From Polaribacter sp. (GTDB lineage Bacteria; Pseudomonadota; Gammaproteobacteria; Arenicellales; Arenicellaceae), in assembly GCA_047621785.1 (NCBI GenBank), contig JBLHMH010000032.1, positions 1,611-25,610 of the forward strand: a stretch of DNA of 24,000 bases, given 5' to 3'. Below the pieces are notes generated by a model. That model did not search any database, was not told where the DNA came from, and saw nothing but the letters and a program-made list of their open reading frames with translations. A program made the translations under genes and the position numbers. Positions 18,005 through 24,000 of this stretch are shown piece after piece; position 1 is the stretch's first letter; each line of letters starts with the position of its first letter.

Positions 18005-18937
18005 ATGGATAACGCAGCTTCAATCTACATCCTGCCGGCAGTGCTGGCACTGATGGTAAAACTGTTCTTATTATTTGTTGCAAGGAATGGGAGAACTGGG
18101 TCGTCAATCTTTTTTACCATGTTGTTGTTGTTTGCTTGTCACAACCTGGCTGAGGTTTTTGCTTATATAGAATACTTTAAAGGGGATTACTCTACTCACC
18201 TCTTGCGTTGGTACTACGTGATGACTTTGTGTGTAGCTGCTACAACTCTAGTTTATGCTCTCCAAATCAGCAATTCACTAAGTTCCTTAAGGGGTGTTTC
18301 TACAGCCGCAGTCGCTCTATCAAGTGGTCTAGGCTTGATTATTTTATTGACCGATTCAGTCGTTAGCGGAGTTACTTCAATAGGTTACGCCCCGACTGCA
18401 GAGCAAGGTCCACATTACTGGATTTTTCAATTATTATTCGTTGGAATGTTATTTCTCATTTCCGGTGTATTGATTAGGGGATATCTAAAGGCCAAAGATC
18501 ATGTGGTTGAAATTCAGTGTAGCTATACATTTTTAGGACTACTGCCTATTATTGTCGTAGCGCTGAGCGTTGTTACTCTGATGGGTTTTGGTGTGAACCT
18601 AAATGCAGCGGGGATTATTCCAATTTGTACCGCTTTCTTTTTACTAATTACTATTAAAGGCGAGCTGACTCATAAGTTGACGGATATTCGCAGACACATA
18701 CCGTTCTCTTTAGAGCGAAAGACATCAAGTCAAATAATGGATATTTTTTCTCGATACGCGCAAGACGAAGTGAACTATCGTAACGGCATGGCCGAGCTTG
18801 AAAAGCTATTAGTTATGCACAAGCATAGCAAAAGCCTGGGTAACGTAACTCAAACCGCCGCATCTATGGATATACCCAGATCTTCTTTGTACTCGATATT
18901 TCGTCGTTTAGGTATTGAAGTAAAAGAAAAAAGCTAG
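18005..18937 (+). CDS. 7-TM membrane protein with C-terminal Fis/NtrC-type HTH (membrane-embedded one-component regulator)
   Basis: About 7 predicted TM helices span residues ~7-217, resembling the 7TM N-terminal sensor region found on some histidine kinases. A ~90-aa cytoplasmic tail ends in ELEKLLVMHKHSKSLGNVTQTAASMDIPRSSLYSIFRRLGIE, which is the Fis/NtrC HTH_8 pattern. GAGGAG SD upstream. Confidence 0.7.
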   Translation: MDNAASIYILPAVLALMVKLFLLFVARNGRTGSSIFFTMLLLFACHNLAEVFAYIEYFKGDYSTHLLRWYYVMTLCVAATTLVYALQISNSLSSLRGVSTAAVALSSGLGLIILLTDSVVSGVTSIGYAPTAEQGPHYWIFQLLFVGMLFLISGVLIRGYLKAKDHVVEIQCSYTFLGLLPIIVVALSVVTLMGFGVNLNAAGIIPICTAFFLLITIKGELTHKLTDIRRHIPFSLERKTSSQIMDIFSRYAQDEVNYRNGMAELEKLLVMHKHSKSLGNVTQTAASMDIPRSSLYSIFRRLGIEVKEKS

Positions 18938-19619
18938 ATTTTTAAGATATAGTCTTACCAAGACGTCTTTGTTTTATTGCTAAGGCCAGTTTTTGATTTT
19001 TTGGAGCAAGGATGCTGGTACGTTTCTACCGTTTAACTTCTGAACGGCTTTGGCTGATGGGCGCTGGTGAAGGTGGCCACAATATTAAACGTTTTGATTG
19101 AGCTGCCGAACCCTATTCTTTTGCAGGCCTATTAAGATCTTGGTCTTATGCTTTTTGCTTATCCGTAATGTGTACTAGGCGTCTAATTTTGGCTCGTCGC
19201 AAGTAAGAGGTCACGACCTAGCCGATAACAATGTTGGTCGCCTAAGAGACTTAGGCAATACATTGATTCAGGTACTATTGAGTGGATAGTATTTAGTGAA
19301 AAGAGCGCAAAGTTTGATAGCATACGACTTTCAAAGAATCACCAAGCTGAACGACAATCTGAAGCGCGTTTAACGCTTGTTTGGCGCTTGAAAATTTTAG
19401 ATCAGCAACGTATGTGGGTCAGTAATTGCTTGTTTAAAGAAACAGTGCAGCCAAAACGCTGAGTTTTCGTACTTTTGAAGCCGTGTAAATTTGGACGCGG
19501 TAACTTACTAGGCGCGCATCTCGCGTGAAGCATATTTATTGGCAGCTACGGGTCGGTTCAATTGGCGATTGATCTTGCTACTCGGCAATTACAACGTTAA
19601 CTTAATAACCACGACAATA

Positions 19620-20243
19620 ATGAAAACAAAGATGAAGCTATGGCATTGTCACAATGCTCGATCTCTTCGGCCTCTGTGGGCACTCGAAGAAATGGGTTTG
19701 GAATATGACCTAGAGGTATTACCCTTTCCCCCCAGGGTTTTTAAAAAGGAGTATTTGGAGACCAATCTATTGGGCACCATTCCTTATTTTTTGGATGGCG
19801 AAACTCGGATGACTGAGTCCACGGGTATCTGTCATTATCTGGTGGAGCGGTACCAGCAAAACCAACTTGGTGTCAGCGTAGATCATCGCGAATATGGCAG
19901 TTATCTAAATTGGTTGTATCATAGTGATGCGACCCTGACATTTCCGCAAACCCTGTATCTGCGATATACCCAGATGGAACCAGAGGAACGCCGCCAACCA
20001 CAAGTGGCCGAGGACTATCGAAAGTGGTATCTAGCGCGTCTTCGTTTATTAGACGGGCACATTAAGCAACGTGAGTTCTTATGTGATGATCGGTTTACGA
20101 TTGCTGATATTGCGGTAGGCTACGCGTTGTTTTTGGGAGAGCTACAAGGCTTTGCCGTAGATTACACACCGCAAGTCATAGACTACTTAAACCGATTAAA
20201 AGCTCGCCCCGCGTTTGTAAAAGCGGTTGCACTTACTGAATGA
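19620..20243 (+). CDS. glutathione S-transferase family protein
   Basis: The thioredoxin-like N-domain shows LRPLWALEEMGLEYDL and TIPYFLDGETRMTESTGICHYL (ES motif), followed by a helical C-domain. The track start (TTG 19539) adds a non-GST-like 27-aa extension. ATG 19620 or 19632 (MKLWH) is more plausible. Confidence 0.85.
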   Translation: MKTKMKLWHCHNARSLRPLWALEEMGLEYDLEVLPFPPRVFKKEYLETNLLGTIPYFLDGETRMTESTGICHYLVERYQQNQLGVSVDHREYGSYLNWLYHSDATLTFPQTLYLRYTQMEPEERRQPQVAEDYRKWYLARLRLLDGHIKQREFLCDDRFTIADIAVGYALFLGELQGFAVDYTPQVIDYLNRLKARPAFVKAVALTE

Positions 20244-20306
20244 AGAGTCATTCCGATTTTGAATTGCGATCTTAAACAAATTTAACCCAATTACTTACTT
20301 ACACAT

Positions 20307-21464
20307 ATGCTATTTACTGAAGAACATAATTCGATCGCCGAGACAACTGCAAAGTTAATTCAATCAGAAATTAATCCTTATTGCCAGCAATGGGAAGAGG
20401 AAGGAATTTTTCCAGCACATGAGGTATTTAAAAAACTTGGGAATCTAGGGTTATTGGGTATCGCTAAGCCGTTAGCCTACGGTGGTATGGACCTGGACTA
20501 TAGCTATCAAATGGCTTTCGTTGAACAACTGGGCACGACCTTGAGCGGTGGCGTAAGCATGGGCATTGGTGTGCAAACTGATATGGCGACACCTTCATTG
20601 GCCAAACACGGCAGTGATGAATTGCGTGCAGAATTCTTAACACCCGCGATTAGCGGAGATTATGTATGTTCGGTTGCAGTGAGTGAACCCGGCGCCGGTT
20701 CAGACGTAGCCAGTATTAAAACATCTGCCCGCAAAGACGGAGATGACTACATTATTGATGGCACCAAAATGTGGATAACTAACTCAACCCAAGCAGATGT
20801 GCTTTGTGTTTTACTTAACACTGGCGATGGTCCGCAACATAAAAACAAGTCTTTGGTGATGGTCCCCACCAATACTCCTGGAATCAGTTTTTCAGAGAGA
20901 TTAAATAAGCTTGGGATGCGTTCTTCAGATACAGCACAAGTGTTTTTTGATGGTGTTCGGGTTCCTCAGAGCAATCGCATAGGCCTTGAGGGCTTGGGCT
21001 TTATGTATCAAATGGAACAATTCCAGGAGGAGCGTTTACATGCGGCCTGCGCAACCTTGAAGGGCTGCGAGTTTAGTATTCAAGAAACAATTGCGTACAC
21101 GCGTGGTCGCCAAGCTTTTGGTAAATCAATTCTGGACAACCAAGTAGTGCATTTCAAACTAGCTGAACTTCAGACAGAGATAGAAGCCCTTCGTGCTTTG
21201 GTTTATAACGCGACCGAGGAATATATTAATGGTGTCGATGTTACAACTAAGGCTTCAATGGCGAAACTTCTCGCGGGGCGATTATCGCGCAAGGTGAATG
21301 ATAGTTGTTTACAATATTTCGGTGGGATGGGTTTTATGTGGGAGAATCATGTTGCTAGAGCATTCCGTGATGGACGACTAGGGTCAATTGGAGGCGGAGC
21401 AGATGAAGTGATGTTGGAAATCATTTGTAAAAAGATGGGGACTTCACCAAAAATACGCAATTAG
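20307..21464 (+). CDS. acyl-CoA dehydrogenase
   Basis: 385 aa with the typical ACAD layout: FTEEH N-terminus, CSVAVSEPGAGSDVASIKT, GTKMWITNS, QAFGKSI, QYFGGMGF and GGGADEVM. Confidence 0.92.
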   Translation: MLFTEEHNSIAETTAKLIQSEINPYCQQWEEEGIFPAHEVFKKLGNLGLLGIAKPLAYGGMDLDYSYQMAFVEQLGTTLSGGVSMGIGVQTDMATPSLAKHGSDELRAEFLTPAISGDYVCSVAVSEPGAGSDVASIKTSARKDGDDYIIDGTKMWITNSTQADVLCVLLNTGDGPQHKNKSLVMVPTNTPGISFSERLNKLGMRSSDTAQVFFDGVRVPQSNRIGLEGLGFMYQMEQFQEERLHAACATLKGCEFSIQETIAYTRGRQAFGKSILDNQVVHFKLAELQTEIEALRALVYNATEEYINGVDVTTKASMAKLLAGRLSRKVNDSCLQYFGGMGFMWENHVARAFRDGRLGSIGGGADEVMLEIICKKMGTSPKIRN

Positions 21465-21476
21465 CAGACCCAAGCT

Positions 21477-21500
21477 GGCCCTAGACTCGCTGTTAGGGCC
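21477..21500 (+). terminator. possible terminator hairpin after the acyl-CoA dehydrogenase gene
   Basis: ggcccta (21477-21483) pairs with tagggcc (21494-21500) around a 10-nt loop. No U-tract follows, so support is weak. Confidence 0.3.
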
Positions 21501-21606
21501 TCGCGCGAACAATTTTCCTAATCATTATACTGGGCGAAATTGTAGGCCTCACTGGATAAATTGATGAATAGTAATCTCGAGCTGCAGATCTACGTCGCTG
21601 CGATTT

Positions 21607-22311
21607 ATGAAACACGACCAGAGTAACGTGGTTGCGGCAATTCGTCGGGCAGACTGGTTCGAAAACTTGCCTGAAGATGCAATTGAGTTCCTTGCCACAA
21701 AAGCAATTTTAAAAACCTATGTGCCTAATCAATTCTTATATTTAGTAGGTGAGAGGCCGAAATACGTTTATTGCGTAATGAGCGGCAGGGTGCGAGTGTC
21801 GGTGACCAGTAGCATGGGACAGGAGTTTGTTCTTACTGATCTTTACCCTGACTCTTGGTTGGGTGAAAATTCATTGACCGAAGGCAAAACTAGAGTGCTT
21901 GAAGCAAGCGTTGTTGAAGAGTCAGATATCTTGATGATTTCGGCAAAGGTGGTGAACAATTTGGCAGACCAATATCCGATTCTATACAAAAATTTATTTA
22001 CTGAACACATGCACCGAACTCGGCAAATATACGAATTACTGGCAGGCATGTTGTTTTATCCGCTTAAAGCCCGATTGGCTGGCAGGATGCTTGATTTACT
22101 AGATAAGCACGGTGAGGTCGGTGAGGAAGGCATTGAACTAGATATTCATATGAGTCAGCTAGACTTTGCCCGAATGAGCATGGGGTCACGACAAAGGGTA
22201 AATAAAATTTTTCGCGGTTGGGTGAAGCAAGGGATTTTACTTAAGCAGGGACATAAGTATGTGATCACTAACCTGGCATCACTTAAAAAGGAAACCGAAC
22301 TAGAGGACTGA
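21607..22311 (+). CDS. Crp/Fnr-family transcriptional regulator (cNMP-binding-like domain + C-terminal HTH)
   Basis: The beta-roll effector domain shows YLVGERPKYVYCVMSGRVRV...GENSL. The C-terminal HTH is SQLDFARMSMGSRQRVNKIFRGWVKQGIL. There is no N-terminal Fnr Cys cluster. Confidence 0.85.
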   Translation: MKHDQSNVVAAIRRADWFENLPEDAIEFLATKAILKTYVPNQFLYLVGERPKYVYCVMSGRVRVSVTSSMGQEFVLTDLYPDSWLGENSLTEGKTRVLEASVVEESDILMISAKVVNNLADQYPILYKNLFTEHMHRTRQIYELLAGMLFYPLKARLAGRMLDLLDKHGEVGEEGIELDIHMSQLDFARMSMGSRQRVNKIFRGWVKQGILLKQGHKYVITNLASLKKETELED

Positions 22312-22794
22312 GGGTCGTATACAAATGTTCTACTGCGGCTGGCGTGTTTCATCCGCTAACAGACTAAATTAGGGTTAGCGCACAGCGACGATTGGAGTGA
22401 GGGTCGCGCCAGTGTTTCAGTTGTTGTGGTAAGTGTCCAATTAGTTTTGGTGAGCTAGTGAATTATCAGTTCAAGCATGTTTATAAATCAGGTTTGTTGT
22501 GCCTGTAAATGCGTTATGCGATCCTTATTCATTCGAGAGCATTGATCATGAAACCTATTTATATCGGCGCTGACGGTCTATGCCCTTTTAAGTCGTTAAA
22601 ACGCATGAGATGAATTTTAATCTGGATAAATGACAAGTAACCAAAGGCATTCATCTAATTTATATCAGACATAAACGCTAACTGCTTGACATTTTGCTAA
22701 CAATATAGTTTTCTAGATACACGAACTAGTTAGTCTGAGTAGCTAGAAATAATAATTAAAATAATGTAGATAATTTACTTAGGAGGAGCATCAG

Positions 22795-24000
22795 ATGTTT
22801 AAATTCACCCATAAAAGTGTGGCTATTTTCGCTGCAGCGTGTCTTACCATACCGACAGTTTCGGTCGCGCAACAAGGAAACGGGCTACTTGAAGAAATCA
22901 TAGTAACCGCTTCAAAACGGGCATCAACCCTGCAAGAAATTCCAATTGCAGTATCGGTCACTACAGCCGAGACAATTGAAAAAGCCCAAATTTTGGATAT
23001 TAGCGATCTGCAAAGTGTCGTTCCATCCTTGCGCGTTAGTCAATTGCAAAACTCAACTAATACCAATTTCGTTATTCGCGGTTTTGGTAATGGCGCAAAT
23101 AACCCCGGTATCGAGCCATCTGTTGGCGTTTTCATCGATGGTGTTTACCGTTCACGTTCAGCCGGCGCGATTTCGGATTTACCTGCTTTGCAACGTGTTG
23201 AAGTATTACGTGGCCCACAAAGCACCTTGTTTGGTAAAAATGCTTCTGCAGGTGTGATCAGTGTTATAACAAGAAAACCAAGCGGTGAATCTGCCGGTAG
23301 AGTTGCTGCAACTGTCGGTAATTTTGGTCAGGTTGTTTTAAAAGGTCAAGTTGAAGGTGCACTTTCTGATTCTGCTGCATACATGCTATCGGCTGGATCG
23401 AACACTCGCGATGGCTATGTGAAAAACCTAACGACTGGAAATGACATTAATAGTCGTGACCGTCAAAGTTTTCGCGGCCAATTAGTGTTTAACCCTAGCG
23501 ACAATACCGAAGTTCGTATAATCGCCGATTACGACACCATTGATGAACAATGTTGTTCTACGGTTAATCTTATTTCTGGCCCTACAGCAGGTGCAATTAG
23601 ATTTGCCGGCGGTAATATAGTTGACGATGATGCAGAGGCACTTGAGCTATACGGCAGTGTCGACCCAACTAACCAACTGGATAATTCTGGCATTTCAATG
23701 CAGATAGATCATGACTTTAAAAACTTCGCATTAACTTCAATAACTTCATTTCGTAACGTAGACTCATTCTCTAATATCGATTCTGATTTCACCAGTGCAG
23801 ATATAATTACTAACGCTATTACTACCGATATCGATACCTTTACTCAAGAGATTCGTTTAACGTCTACTAACGGCGATAAGCTAGATTGGATGATTGGTGG
23901 CTTCTTGTTTGATGAGTCGCTTGATTACACAGACGCACTTCCATTTGGCGGTGGTTACACTCGTTATTTAGATGCCCTATCTGGCGGTGGTTATTCGTTT
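22795..24000 (+). CDS. TonB-dependent receptor, 5' part (402 codons, continues past the window end)
   Basis: This ORF is absent from the track because it has no stop inside the window. I read frame 1 from ATG 22795 (AGGAGG 8 nt upstream) to 24000 without a stop. It has a signal peptide (MFKFTHKSVAIFAAACLTIPTVSVAQQ), a TonB-box/plug start LEEIIVTASKR, and plug motifs NFVIRGFG, VGVFIDGVY and VEVLRGPQSTLFGKNASAGVI. It also has the DEQCC motif common in marine TBDRs. Confidence 0.9.
   Translation, partial: MFKFTHKSVAIFAAACLTIPTVSVAQQGNGLLEEIIVTASKRASTLQEIPIAVSVTTAETIEKAQILDISDLQSVVPSLRVSQLQNSTNTNFVIRGFGNGANNPGIEPSVGVFIDGVYRSRSAGAISDLPALQRVEVLRGPQSTLFGKNASAGVISVITRKPSGESAGRVAATVGNFGQVVLKGQVEGALSDSAAYMLSAGSNTRDGYVKNLTTGNDINSRDRQSFRGQLVFNPSDNTEVRIIADYDTIDEQCCSTVNLISGPTAGAIRFAGGNIVDDDAEALELYGSVDPTNQLDNSGISMQIDHDFKNFALTSITSFRNVDSFSNIDSDFTSADIITNAITTDIDTFTQEIRLTSTNGDKLDWMIGGFLFDESLDYTDALPFGGGYTRYLDALSGGGYSF

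Noticed and set aside
19539-19619. 27-codon N-terminal extension of the GST (TTG start in the track), and similarly the ATG 4833 start of sstT and the 1716 start of bamD
   Set aside because: The extensions have no counterpart in the homologous families. Internal starts give canonical N-termini: MKLWH-type for the GST, an SD-preceded GTG for SstT, and a normal lipoprotein signal for BamD.
22548-22613. 21-codon ORF (MKPIYIGADGLCPFKSLKRMR) in the leader of the TonB-dependent receptor
   Set aside because: It is too short, has only a weak SD-like GAGAG, and has no recognisable family. It cannot be told apart from chance.
22748-22776. Fur box upstream of the TonB-dependent receptor
   Set aside because: AATAATAATTAAAATAATG matches the 19-bp Fur consensus at only about 12/19 positions. 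It sits in a generally AT-rich leader, so chance similarity cannot be excluded. I also could not pair the nearby TTGACA (22686-22691) with a properly spaced -10 element.
21843-23257. Track ORFs 21843-22049 (-), 22155-22352 (-) and 22946-23257 (+)
   Set aside because: The first two are antisense to the Crp/Fnr gene. The third is an out-of-frame ORF inside the TonB-dependent receptor, whose own frame carries canonical plug-domain motifs.

Overview
This looks like a chromosomal segment from a (probably marine) gammaproteobacterium. I see no transposase, integrase, CRISPR array, tRNA/rRNA gene or recognisable defence gene. The left third is housekeeping: the conserved bamD / rluD / pgeF(yfiH) cluster, sstT, a PduO-type cobalamin adenosyltransferase, and an OmpR-type two-component pair whose kinase has a very large periplasmic domain. 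The middle holds a 38-bp tandem repeat in an ~850-bp gene-poor gap and a class-V PLP enzyme. It also holds a divergent TetR-SDR versus hydrolase / AlmA-like Baeyer-Villiger monooxygenase / DUF1295 locus with a clear promoter and operator palindrome. The most unusual part is 16.1-19.6 kb. It starts with a terminator-bounded GGA-rich candidate small RNA. Next come a stand-alone KAS III-like condensing enzyme and a 7-TM membrane protein fused directly to a Fis/NtrC-type HTH. These genes are separated by unusually long non-coding spacers. The right end carries GST, acyl-CoA dehydrogenase, a Crp/Fnr regulator and the 5' part of a TonB-dependent receptor that the ORF track missed because it runs off the window. 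All functional calls come from reading motifs in the translations. No database search, HMM scan, RNA fold or GC calculation was run.
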